From the NCBI GenBank assembly GCA_963675515.1, contig OY776328.1, forward strand, positions 1,230,001 through 1,262,000: a stretch of 32,000 nucleotides of DNA, read 5' to 3'. Below are positions 16,943 through 26,667 of this stretch, piece after piece (within the stretch, counting starts at the first letter, position 1; each line of letters begins with the position of its first letter). The notes beneath the pieces are model-generated. The model was not told where the DNA came from, did no database searches, and saw only the letters and a program-made list of their open reading frames with translations. This DNA comes from Coprobacillaceae bacterium. Lineage in GTDB: Bacteria > Bacillota_I > Bacilli_A > Erysipelotrichales > Coprobacillaceae. Made by a program: the position numbers and the translations under genes.

Positions 16943-19900
16943 GTGAAAATTAATGAAGATACTTTAGAACAAGCGATCATTTCAGAACTTCAGGAAAAGG
17001 GTTATGAATATGTATATGGCCCAGATATCGCCCGAGATTATCATGAGGTAATTTTGGAGGATTGCTTTCTGGCTTCTATGTTAAATATAAATCCAGGTAT
17101 TACCCAAGAAATAATTTCTGAAACCTATAAAGAAATAATGAACCTAGGATTATTGAGGGTTGAGGATCTGAATGCATCATTTCATAAATATATTGTCGAA
17201 GGGGTGCCAATATCTTATCAGAAAGATGGAGAAAATCGTACATTCACTGTAAGGTTGATCGATTTTGAGAATGCGTCCGCAAATGATTTTAAAGTCATAA
17301 ATCAATTTACCGTCATCGAGTATAAGAATAAACGTCCGGATATTTTGGTGTTTATCAACGGGATTCCGATGGTTGTTTTTGAACTAAAAAATATGGGCAA
17401 CGACAGCACCACTGTTGAGCAGGCGTACAAGCAAGTCAAGAATTATCAGCTGGATATCCCATCCTTATTTCAATACAATGCTTTTAATGTCATCAGTGAT
17501 GGCATTGATACTAGGGTGGGGACCATTACGTCCGACTATACTAGATACATGGCGTGGAAGTCTGAAGACGGCGAGAAGCCAAATGAAAATGCAAGTGACT
17601 TCTTTACTGTGATGTTAAATGGTATGTTTTCAAAGGGACGGCTTCTTGACATTGTTCGAAACTTCATTGTGTTTCAGGATATCCAAGGGAAAACTGTAAA
17701 AATATTGGCGGGCTACCACCAGTATTTTGCGGTTCGCAAGGCTGTTGAAAGTACCAGAACGGCATTGAAAGAAAAAAGTCGTAAGGTTGGTGTTGTTTGG
17801 CATACTCAAGGGAGTGGGAAGAGTTTGTCAATGGTGTTCTATTCGGGTATTATTGTAAGTGATCCCGAATTTGAGAATCCGACTATCGTGGTGCTGACTG
17901 ATCGTAACGATCTTGATAATCAGCTTTTTGGAACTTTCAGTGCAAGTTCAAAATTGCTCTTGCGTCAAACGCCAAAACAAGCAGAGAGCCGAGATAACCT
18001 GAAGGAGCTTCTTAAAGTAAAAGCTGGAGGAATTGTTTTCACGACCATTCAGAAGTTTGAGGAAGCTGACGATATTATCAATGATCGTAGCAATATTATC
18101 TTCATGGCTGATGAGGCGCATCGCTCTCAGTATGGTACTGAAGCTAAATTTGATCGAGAAACTGGTGAATGGAAATACGGTATGGCAAAACATATGCGTG
18201 ATGCCCTTCCGAATGCGACATTCATTGGCTTTACCGGTACACCGATTGATATGAAAGATAAATCAACAATAGAGGTCTTTGGGAAATATATCGATATTTA
18301 CGATATGACTCAAGCTGTAGATGATGGTGCAACCGTACCGATTTACTATGAAAACAGAACGGCAAAGCTTAAACTGAATGATAATGTACTAAAGCAAATT
18401 GATCAAGAATACTCTGAGTTGGCTGGCGAGTCTACTGAAATTGAAATTGAGAAGTCAAAAATGGATCTATCAAGCATTGAGGCCGTTGTTGGCTCTTCTG
18501 AACGATTGAATATGTTGGCTGACGATATAATTGCCCATTATGAGGACCGTCAATATGTGTTGACTGGAAAAGCAATGATCGTCTGTATGACTCGTAAAAT
18601 TGCAATCAATTTGTACAAGACATTGTTGGTTAAACGCCCTGAATGGAAAGAAAAGGTCAAGGTCGTTCTCACATCGAGCAATCAAGACCCGGAAGATTGG
18701 CACGATATTATTGGAAACAAAGCCTATCGGGATGGGTTAATGATTGAGTTCAAGGATAACAGTAGTGAATTCAAAATCGCTATCGTTGTGGATATGTGGC
18801 TAACCGGATTCGATGTCCCGTCTATGGCGACAATGTACATTGATAAGCCGATGAAAGGACATAACCTGATGCAGGCAATCGCTCGTGTAAACAGGGTGTA
18901 CAAGGACAAAGAAGCGGGACTTATTGTAGAGTATATTGGTATGGCTGCGGAGCTGAAGTCGGCCTTGAATCAATATACAAAGCGTGATCAGGATAAGGTA
19001 CCTGATATTGGTATTGCATACTCTATCGCAATGGCGAAACTTGAAGTTATGCGCGATATGTTCTATGGTTTTAATTACGGTGACTTTTTTGGTGAATCTA
19101 ATGTTCAAAGGCTGAAAGTGATTGCGGAAGGCGTGGATTTCGCTCTTGCGTTTGAAGAAGATGAGTCTAAGGAATATATCAAGGAGGCAACGGCGTTGAG
19201 CCAAGCGGAGACACTTTGCCGAAGCTTAATGAGTGCTCACGATAAGAAAGAGATTGAGTTTTTCAAATGTGTAAAGGCTGGGATCTGTAAAATAGGGGGC
19301 AAAGGCAAGATAACTTCTAATGAAATTAATGCTCGTATTATGAAGATGCTTGAACAGGCCATTCAACAGGATGGCGTGGTAAATGTTTTTGAACAGTCTG
19401 GTCAGATAAATCCAGAAATCTCCCTATTGTCGGACGAATATATGGCACAAGTGCGTAAGATGAAGCACAAAAATATTGCAGCAGAACTATTACGAAGTCT
19501 ATTGGAAGATCATATCCGTTTTTTTTCAAGAACTGGTGTAGTAAAAGCTCAGCTATTTTCTGAAAAAATGCAAGATGTACTTAAACGGTACAATAATCGA
19601 ATGATAACCAGTGCGGAGGTCATTGAAGAACTATTGAACCTCTCAAAAGAGATTTCAGATGCTTATGCAGCAGGTGATGAAAAAGGATTATCCCACGAAG
19701 AATTAGCGTTTTATGATGCGCTTGTTGCTGATCCGGCAGTACTTCAAAATATGGAAGATGCCACATTGGTAGAAATGGCGCACGAGTTGACAACTCTAAT
19801 TCAGAAAAGTAGAACTGTGGATTGGGATAAGAAGCAGTCAGCACGAGCGTATATGAGGACTCAGATTAAACATTTGCTAAGAAAATACAAATATCCACCA

Positions 19901-19972
19901 GAACAAGCAAGCAATGCAATTGATACAGTTATAAAACAGGCTGAGTTAATGAGTGGAAATATGAAAATGTAA
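16943..19972 (+). CDS. hsdR: Type I restriction endonuclease R subunit, apparently intact
   Basis: The probable start is GTG 16943 after AAGGGGGTGG; the ORF is open from 16886. N-terminal PD-(D/E)xK: RPDILVFINGIPMVVFELKN. Helicase motif I: HTQGSGKSLSMVF. DEAH box: FMADEAHRSQYG. Motifs FIGFTGTP and QAIARVNR plus a C-terminal helical domain are present. Confidence 0.93.
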   Translation: MKINEDTLEQAIISELQEKGYEYVYGPDIARDYHEVILEDCFLASMLNINPGITQEIISETYKEIMNLGLLRVEDLNASFHKYIVEGVPISYQKDGENRTFTVRLIDFENASANDFKVINQFTVIEYKNKRPDILVFINGIPMVVFELKNMGNDSTTVEQAYKQVKNYQLDIPSLFQYNAFNVISDGIDTRVGTITSDYTRYMAWKSEDGEKPNENASDFFTVMLNGMFSKGRLLDIVRNFIVFQDIQGKTVKILAGYHQYFAVRKAVESTRTALKEKSRKVGVVWHTQGSGKSLSMVFYSGIIVSDPEFENPTIVVLTDRNDLDNQLFGTFSASSKLLLRQTPKQAESRDNLKELLKVKAGGIVFTTIQKFEEADDIINDRSNIIFMADEAHRSQYGTEAKFDRETGEWKYGMAKHMRDALPNATFIGFTGTPIDMKDKSTIEVFGKYIDIYDMTQAVDDGATVPIYYENRTAKLKLNDNVLKQIDQEYSELAGESTEIEIEKSKMDLSSIEAVVGSSERLNMLADDIIAHYEDRQYVLTGKAMIVCMTRKIAINLYKTLLVKRPEWKEKVKVVLTSSNQDPEDWHDIIGNKAYRDGLMIEFKDNSSEFKIAIVVDMWLTGFDVPSMATMYIDKPMKGHNLMQAIARVNRVYKDKEAGLIVEYIGMAAELKSALNQYTKRDQDKVPDIGIAYSIAMAKLEVMRDMFYGFNYGDFFGESNVQRLKVIAEGVDFALAFEEDESKEYIKEATALSQAETLCRSLMSAHDKKEIEFFKCVKAGICKIGGKGKITSNEINARIMKMLEQAIQQDGVVNVFEQSGQINPEISLLSDEYMAQVRKMKHKNIAAELLRSLLEDHIRFFSRTGVVKAQLFSEKMQDVLKRYNNRMITSAEVIEELLNLSKEISDAYAAGDEKGLSHEELAFYDALVADPAVLQNMEDATLVEMAHELTTLIQKSRTVDWDKKQSARAYMRTQIKHLLRKYKYPPEQASNAIDTVIKQAELMSGNMKM

Positions 19973-20212
19973 GAATGGATTTAAGTACTAGAATACAAAA
20001 GTTCAGGTGATTTTTTGACGTCGAATGTGATATACGATTAAAACAATCCTAATGGGAAAAAACCCCGTGTGTAGTTTGATGTTATAGAAGAACTTTATAT
20101 TGAAATCAAATGCTCCAAAGTTCGATAAGAGATTAACGATTTAGAATTCATCACTGATAATATTTTTTATTATCTGAGATTACTTTTTTAAAATCGAAAG
20201 GAATTTATAGAT

Positions 20213-20881
20213 ATGTACAAGATAATGATAGTCGAAGATGACAATGTAATTTCTTTGATACTAGAAAATCATCTGGAAAAATGGGGGTATCAAGTTGAGT
20301 GTATCACGGATTTTAGCGAGGTTCTAAGTAATGTTACCGATTTTGCTCCGGATTTGGTTCTACTGGATATCCACTTGCCTTTATTCGATGGTTATCACTG
20401 GTGCCGGGAGATAAGGAATATATCCCGGATTCCGATAATCTTCATTTCATCAGCCAATGAAAATATGAATATCGTTATGGCAATGAATATGGGTGGTGAT
20501 GATTTTATCAGTAAGCCGTTCAATTTGAATGTGATAACTGCAAAAATTCAGGCAGTCTTAAGGAGAACTTACAGTTTTGCTCCGGATTTCCATTTACTTA
20601 CATATAATGATGTCATATTGGATGTTTCTTCTGCCACTATTTCTTTTAAGAATGCGGTCTTGGATCTTACTAAAAATGAAGTCAAAATTCTCGAGTTGAT
20701 GTTCCAGAAACCTGAAACGATTATGTCTCGCGAGGAAATTATGAACTTTCTTTGGGATGACCATCAGTTTGTCGACGATAATACTCTAAGCGTCAATGTT
20801 AATCGGTTACGAAAGAAACTTGAGACAATCGGTTTGGTTGATTTCATCAAGACAAAAAAAGGAATGGGGTATCTGATTTGA
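20213..20881 (+). CDS. OmpR-family response regulator, BceR-like
   Basis: Receiver domain (MIVEDD...LLDIHLP...SKPF) plus a winged-helix C-terminus (LTKNEVKILELM...VNVNRLRKKLE...GMGYLI). It is linked to an intramembrane-sensing kinase and a BceAB-type transporter. Confidence 0.9.
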   Translation: MYKIMIVEDDNVISLILENHLEKWGYQVECITDFSEVLSNVTDFAPDLVLLDIHLPLFDGYHWCREIRNISRIPIIFISSANENMNIVMAMNMGGDDFISKPFNLNVITAKIQAVLRRTYSFAPDFHLLTYNDVILDVSSATISFKNAVLDLTKNEVKILELMFQKPETIMSREEIMNFLWDDHQFVDDNTLSVNVNRLRKKLETIGLVDFIKTKKGMGYLI

Positions 20882-21852
20882 TTTTTAAATATCTCAACTA
20901 TCGAAAAGCTATTTACCTGATATTCATAAGTTTCATTGTTTTTGAAGTATTGGTACTCTCTCTCGTGCATATTGAGGCTTCGGTGATTGAGTACCTAGCT
21001 TTAATTTGGCTTTCCTTGGTAGTTGGTTTTGGAATCTTCGATTTCATGATTTTTAATAACCATTACCGAAATGTCATCAATTTAAAGAATTCAATCGAAG
21101 ATTCTATGGGATCAATGTTTAAAGCTAATAATGTCTTGGAACGGGAATATCATGATTTGATTAAGCAATTATACACTCTGAATTTAGAAATCAAACATAT
21201 CAATCTGGAAAAATATCAATCGATGATTAATTATTATACTATCTGGGTTCATCAGACTAAGACACCGATTTCAGCATTGAAGCTGTTGGTCCAGTCGGAG
21301 GGCAACAATCAGGAAATGGCGATGGAACTGTTAAAGATTGAACAATATGTTAATATGGTACTTCAGTATCTCAGACTTGATGATATAAATAATGACTTTT
21401 TATTTGAACATGTGTCACTAGACAAACTTGTCAGTGATGTGCTGAAAAAACAGGTGACCTTTTTTGCCCATGATAAAATCAACCTCGAATACAAAATTGA
21501 TGATACCAAAGTGTTGACTGATGAAAAATGGAGTTCTTTTGTGATTGAACAAGTCCTTTCCAATGCGATCAAGTATACCAAGCAAGGAACTATTTCGATT
21601 TACAATGATGCCACTAAACTCTATATACAGGATACCGGGGTAGGAATAAAGGCAGAGGATCTCCCGCGTGTCTTTGAACGGGGCTTTACCGGTTTTCAGG
21701 GTCGCAAAGACAAGAAAGCCAGCGGCATTGGATTATATCTAGTCAAACTGATTTTAGACAAACTGAATCAAGGCATTACGATTGAATCAATTGTAGGGAC
21801 TGGAACTACTGTCTGTATTGATTTCTACAAAAGAAACATCTTTATCGAGTAA
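20878..21852 (+). CDS. Intramembrane-sensing histidine kinase, BceS-like
   Basis: TTG start overlapping the regulator's stop. It has two N-terminal TM helices and no extracellular domain. H-box: WVHQTKTPISAL. N box: SNAIKYT. G boxes: DTGVGI and GIGLYLV. Confidence 0.88.
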   Translation: MIFKYLNYRKAIYLIFISFIVFEVLVLSLVHIEASVIEYLALIWLSLVVGFGIFDFMIFNNHYRNVINLKNSIEDSMGSMFKANNVLEREYHDLIKQLYTLNLEIKHINLEKYQSMINYYTIWVHQTKTPISALKLLVQSEGNNQEMAMELLKIEQYVNMVLQYLRLDDINNDFLFEHVSLDKLVSDVLKKQVTFFAHDKINLEYKIDDTKVLTDEKWSSFVIEQVLSNAIKYTKQGTISIYNDATKLYIQDTGVGIKAEDLPRVFERGFTGFQGRKDKKASGIGLYLVKLILDKLNQGITIESIVGTGTTVCIDFYKRNIFIE

Positions 21853-21872
21853 TCTTACAAAATTGTAAGATT
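21851..21872 (+). promoter_or_regulatory. Perfect inverted repeat AATCTTACAAAATTGTAAGATT; candidate BceR-type regulator binding site
   Basis: The core TTACA-AAAT-TGTAA fits, as I recall it, the TNACA-N4-TGTAA consensus described for BceR-like regulators. It lies about 85 nt upstream of the transporter ATG. Confidence 0.65.
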
Positions 21873-21879
21873 GGAAAGG

Positions 21880-21921
21880 GGAAATGTAAGGGGCATCTAT
21901 GGATGGACATTTCCTTTTTTT
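21880..21921 (+). terminator. Hairpin + T-run after the two-component genes
   Basis: GGAAATGT (21880-21887) pairs with ACATTTCC (21907-21914), followed by TTTTTTT. The 19-nt loop is long for a terminator. Confidence 0.45.
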
Positions 21922-21956
21922 GGTAAACTGATAGAGAAGGGAAGGTACTAATTATT

Positions 21957-22730
21957 ATGATATTATTAAAAGTAAACCAATTAAAGAAAGTTTATACAAC
22001 CCGTTTTTCAAAACAAAAAGTCGAGGCTTTGAAAAACGTTAATTTTGAAATTGAAGAAGGCGAATATGTCGCCATCATGGGCGAATCTGGCAGTGGAAAA
22101 ACAACCTTACTTAATATTCTGGCATCACTTGACAGGCCAACAAATGGTGAAGTACTTCTGGCTGGCCAAGATATCACCAAAATCAAGGATAAGGAAATTT
22201 CTTCATTTAGGAGACAGAACCTCGGATTTGTGTTCCAGGATTTCAATCTCCTTGATAATCTGTCGGTAGAAGATAATATCTATTTACCGTTAGTTCTCTC
22301 CAAAGAGAAATATCACTCTATGAATGAAAAATTGCTAGCTTTAGCACCAAAACTTGGAATTGCAGACTTGCTGGAAAAATATCCTTATGAGATCTCCGGT
22401 GGCCAGAAACAAAGGGTAGCTGTGGCAAGGGCATTGATCACTAGTCCCAAGCTTGTATTAGCAGATGAGCCAACTGGTGCCTTGGATTCCAAATCAACCG
22501 ACAATCTACTAGAAATCTTTGATGAAATCCATAAATCAAACCAGACAATTTTGATGGTTACACATTCAACCAAAGCCGCCAGCTATGCCAGCCGGGTATT
22601 GTTCATCAAGGATGGGGAAATCTATCATCAGCTCTATAAAGGAAATCTTTCAAACAATCAGATGTATCAGAAAATTTCGGATACCCTCAATATGATTGCT
22701 ACTGGAGGACGTCAAGATGGGATTCTTTAA
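21957..22730 (+). CDS. ABC transporter ATP-binding protein, BceA/MacB-type
   Basis: Walker A GESGSGKTT, Q-loop, signature SGGQKQRVAVARAL, Walker B LVLADEPTGALD, H-loop MVTHS. Confidence 0.93.
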   Translation: MILLKVNQLKKVYTTRFSKQKVEALKNVNFEIEEGEYVAIMGESGSGKTTLLNILASLDRPTNGEVLLAGQDITKIKDKEISSFRRQNLGFVFQDFNLLDNLSVEDNIYLPLVLSKEKYHSMNEKLLALAPKLGIADLLEKYPYEISGGQKQRVAVARALITSPKLVLADEPTGALDSKSTDNLLEIFDEIHKSNQTILMVTHSTKAASYASRVLFIKDGEIYHQLYKGNLSNNQMYQKISDTLNMIATGGRQDGIL

Positions 22731-24641
22731 TAAATTGGCCCGAACCAATATCTATAAGAATCGCAAGTTTTACTATCCTTATATTTTTTCAGCGATCTTT
22801 ACTAGCTGTCTTTTCTATATAGTTAGATCACTTTATTACAGTGAATCTCTAGCGCAGAGGCCTACAATAAGTACCTTCATGTCAATGGAGACTTATATAA
22901 TCATGATCTTCGCAACAATTTATCTGCTTTATGCTAATAGCTTTGTCCTAAAAAACCGAAAAAAAGAAATCAGTCTCTACAATATATTGGGAATGGAAAA
23001 AAGGCATGTAATGGTGATGATGTTGGTGGAAACAATGATTGTAGCCACGCTTTCAATTATCGCAGGAGTAATCATGGGAATCCTGTTTGGCCAGTTGATG
23101 GATCTGTTGATTACCAATCTGATCCATGCCCCGATTCAGTTTTCATTAACTATCTCATTTGAAGGTATTGGGGAAACAATACTTTTCTATTTGGCAATCT
23201 TTTTGGCCTCGATGGTTGTCAATCTATTAAGCGTCCAATTAACTAACCCGATTGAACTGCTAAAAGGCGGCAATATGGGAGAAAAAGAACCGAAGACCAA
23301 ATTAGTTACGACGATTTTCGGGCTACTTGCCCTTGGAACTGGATATTTCATCGCCCTAACCATAACTGATCCCGTTCTGGCTATCACCTTGTTTTTTGTA
23401 GCGGTGATTCTGGTGATGATCGGAACCTATTGTCTTTTCACAGCTGGTTCGATTACCCTGTTAAAACTGCTTCGGAAAAACAAACACTACTATTATCAGA
23501 CCCGTCATTTCACTGCGATTTCTGGATTGATTTATCGGATGAAGCAAAACGCAATCGGTCTTGCTAATATTTGCATTCTTTGTACCTGTGTTCTGGTAAC
23601 TTTTTCCTCGACTTTCTGTATGTATATCGGTATACAGGAAACCGTAGATGGCCAATGCCCGGCAGATCAAATCATGGTCGGTTATACTTCGGGCATAGAA
23701 AATAACTTTAAAGAAATCGCTTCAGCACATCTTAAAGACCTTGATTATCATGATTACTTCGCCTTTGATCTTTTGGATACTGTAGGTGTCTATAACGACG
23801 GTCATGTAATGTTGGAAACGACATCCAGCAATAGTTTCAATGATGTCGTCAATATCAATGCCCTTAGTCAGGATACTTTCAATCGGGGATTCAATCAGAA
23901 TATTGTATTGACCGCCAACCAGGTCTGGCTTTACACCAGTTTCGACTATGAAGAAAGCGACATCTGGATTGATGGGGTTGATTATCAGGTCACTGGAATG
24001 TTTAATGATCCTCGGATCATGGTCAACAATTACTATGCACCCCGAAGAATGGCAATAATTTTCGCCAATGACAAGATTGAGACAATCCCGGCCTTGACAG
24101 AGCTGGTTCCTGGTTATGCCATTGGCTTTGACAGCGATGATCCTAACCTCGAGACAACTGTTGATGCTATTGAGACTGAATTCTTCAACCAAGAAGGTTC
24201 ACGCTCGATTTTTCTTTAAATCATGAAGCTCAGTTGCAAGACAGTTATGAGGTGCTGGGCGGTTTGCTTTTCATCGGTATCTTCATGTCGGTGATGTTTT
24301 TGATGGCTGCGATATTGATTATCTACAACAAGCAACTCTCCGAAGGGTATGAGGATCAAAATAAATTTGAAATACTTCAGAACGTTGGAATGAGCCATAA
24401 GGAGGTCAAACAAGCAATAAGGAGCCAGGTATTGGTATTTTTCTTTTTGCCGCTAATAGTGGCGATTATCCATCTAGTCTTTGCCTTCCCGCTGATACTA
24501 AGGGTTCTAAAATTATTTCTACTTGCCAATATCAAAACCTACTTTACCGTCACTATTATCTCGGTAGTTATTTTGTCTGCAGTCTACTCATTTGTCTATC
24601 TTTTCACTGCCAAAACATATTATCAGATTGTCAAAAAATAA
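22717..24641 (+). pseudogene. BceB-type FtsX-family ABC permease, split by a frameshift near 24190-24235
   Basis: ATG 22717 after GGAGGA; product MGFFNKLARTNIYKNRKFYYPYI... The first frame stops at TAA 24217-24219. The final TM bundle continues in another frame, open from about 24180 (SLNHEAQLQDSYEVLGGLLFIGIFMSVMFLMAAILIIYNKQLSEGYEDQNKFEILQNVGM...). The combined length of about 640 aa is typical of BceB. Confidence 0.8.
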
Positions 24642-24679
24642 CTTTGTATAGACAGGGAATGTTTAAAACAACGGAAATA

Positions 24680-24705
24680 GAGAGGGGTTGTCCTCTCCTT
24701 TTTTT
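24680..24705 (+). terminator. Rho-independent terminator candidate after the permease
   Basis: GAGAGG (24680-24685) pairs with CCTCTC (24692-24697) around a 6-nt loop, followed by C and seven T. Confidence 0.55.
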
Positions 24706-24974
24706 ATGATACTAAAGTACCGTTTTGCATATTTGCGCTGATATTGCACATGCTATAGATTATTCTAAGCAGGTATGAGGCACATGCAATTATGGCGGCT
24801 GTCGAATTCATCGGATTCACTTGCTGCCTTTTCTTTTATAGTAATCTTTGACTTTGCTATCACTCAATCTTATCGAACATTTTACCGCCAATTATAGTGG
24901 AGTCCGCAGCCGTTTATTCTCTTTTTTGGATATTTTCATATGCCGTCCATTCTTTTTACCTGATTGATAAACCT

Positions 24975-25549
24975 GAGTATTCCACAGAGCCACTCTGTCC
25001 GGAGTTGAGAGCCACTATGTCCGCCCCATAGAGCCATAAGTATAGTTTAATAATTGCAACTCATGGAATTCACACCTCTTCAGTAGTAAAATTGAAGCAT
25101 AGGCATTGTTCTACCTTGAACTACCAAGTAGGTGGTTTTTATGCAAGAAATCAAGATAATTCTTAAGAAACGTTTTAATAATGAAAGTCATCGATCCACC
25201 GCTTCATCGTTACAGGTATCAATAAATGCTGTCAGATATCCTTGAAATAATGGAGTCTAGGTGAAAAGGCACCCAACTATACTGTGCGGTCAATGTTCAC
25301 CAGAGTGGTGGTATCAACGCTTGGGTGAAGATACCGTTGCAGATGCGATATTTAATAGGATTATTAACGGTTCATTCAACATCTTGTTAGAAGGTTCATC
25401 GATGAGGTAAGAATATTCAAAAATCAAATGATTATCAATGAGCCAGTCATTGACTGGATCTCGTTAATGGACACCCCGGCTCTATAAAGAGGACAAAGGT
25501 GGATCTAAACGAATGGACAGGGAGGGGCTCCGCCACACCGGAATATTCA
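24975..25549 (+). mobile_element. IS21-family remnant with both ends but an internal deletion (istA N-terminal stub fused near the istB C-terminal stub)
   Basis: Ends are TGAGTATTCC... (24975) and ...GGAATATTCA (25549), with reiterated GAGCC/TGTCC subrepeats. The IstA-like stub is MQEIKIILKKRFNNESHRSTASSLQVSINAVRY (25141-). The IstB-like C-terminus is PEWWYQRLGEDTVADAIFNRIINGSFNILLEGSSMR* (about 25298-25410). Confidence 0.6.
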
Positions 25550-26129
25550 TTTTTCATGACTGACCAATTTTTATTATGTATACAGGTTCAACACCATAGT
25601 GTCGTCCTACCTAGACTTAAAGGGATTCATAACCATGAAATTGAAGAAAGATATTTTTTGCGAAGAACTTGTAGTTCAAAAAAACCGACATCCTTACTTT
25701 CCTTGACCCTATTATTTGTATGCCTACAAAAAAACAAAGCCGGGAGCAGTTAGCTTACCACCGGCCTCATATGTTCATATAGTGAAGAGATGACTACAAA
25801 CAGTAGTCAAAGCTACAGCAGTCTTTGCGAGTTTCCTCAAAGGAATCTCATATCTTGAACATCTCTTCAAAGTCATTATAACACAATCTATAGAAACGTA
25901 TTATGAAAGCAGGTAACATATCTCCTACTTTCATCAATACAAAAAATCATAGAAATATGATCTTTTAGCACATAAATATAATATCCAACTTGAGCCCATT
26001 ATACTACGGGCTCTTTTCAATTATATGCGTCGTATATTTTACGTTTACAATAATCTCATCAACATTATACTACTTGAATAGCGCCACCGTGCTATTTGAC
26101 ACATACCCTATTTTGCACGTATCTGTAGC

Positions 26130-26539
26130 ATGTGGTCATTCAAAACGCTTTTTGAATTTGATGTACTACAAACCACCTGGCACGAGTATCCCGGGGCACT
26201 CGACGTGTGGAAACGCAATTTCAAATTTGTGGAGCAACTCTTTGATTACGGCAGTGATGTACGCAAAATCATGTACACCACAAATGCAATCGAAGCTATC
26301 AATTCAAGCTTCAGGAAGGTCACTAAAAAAGGCACCTTCCCAAACGAAAACGCCTTATTCAAACTTTTATATTTGCGATGTGTTGAATTGGAAAATAAGT
26401 GGGACGGTGGAGTCATCCGTGGTTGGTCACAAGTGCTGAACCAACTGACTATAAATGGCTCGTTTTCGTCAAGACTGCAAAAATATTTGGCGCTAATAGT
26501 TCTTTGAAAAAATACTTACACACTTTTCTTGACAAACCC
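26130..26539 (+). pseudogene. IS256-family (mutator-type) transposase C-terminal fragment plus its terminal repeat
   Basis: ...YPGALDVWKRNFKFVEQLFDYGSDVRKIMYTTNAIEAINSSFRKVTKKGTFPNENALFKLLYL...KW... is the conserved IS256 C-terminal block. The N-terminal two thirds are missing. The element end ...CTTGACAAACCC abuts the IS21 end copy. Confidence 0.7.
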
Positions 26540-26648
26540 GAGCCAGTCAATTGACTGGCTCCCATTAACGAACAACCTGGCTCTATCGAGTGAAAATGGG
26601 TGGCTCTAAATTAGCGAACAAGGTGGCTCCGCAACACCGGAATATACA
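26540..26648 (+). repeat. Second copy of the ~110-bp IS21-family right end (solo end)
   Basis: GAGCCAGTCAATTGACTGG...GGCTCCGCAACACCGGAATATACA is a divergent copy (multiple substitutions and small indels) of 25440-25549, with the same block order. It ends 20 nt from the agrB-like stop codon. Confidence 0.65.
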
Positions 26649-26667
26649 CAAAATGATCCGTATTATT

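Noticed and set aside
17415-19844. Short ORFs on both strands inside hsdR (17415-17612, 17948-18193, 18033-18254, 18470-18703, 18724-18909, 18800-19204, 19338-19529, 19620-19844)
   Set aside because: They lie entirely within the well-supported hsdR frame, have no independent signals, and their translated sequences look random.
20764-24413. Antisense or overlapping ORFs within the Bce genes (20764-20970, 21363-21581, 21992-22246, 22045-22269, 22385-22573, 23187-23387, 23461-23670, 23722-24192, 24216-24413)
   Set aside because: All are embedded in motif-supported CDSs on the other strand or frame. They are shadow ORFs.
25992-26017. GAGCCC...GGGCTC hairpin followed by TTTT (terminator-like)
   Set aside because: It is a real stem-loop, but no intact gene ends nearby. 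It is probably a relic carried with an IS or deleted gene, so it is not reported as a functional terminator.
25499-26439. ORFs 25499-25753 and 25990-26439 in the IS graveyard
   Set aside because: They span IS end repeats and junk between IS fragments. They have no RBS, and the second overlaps the recognisable IS256 transposase fragment out of frame.
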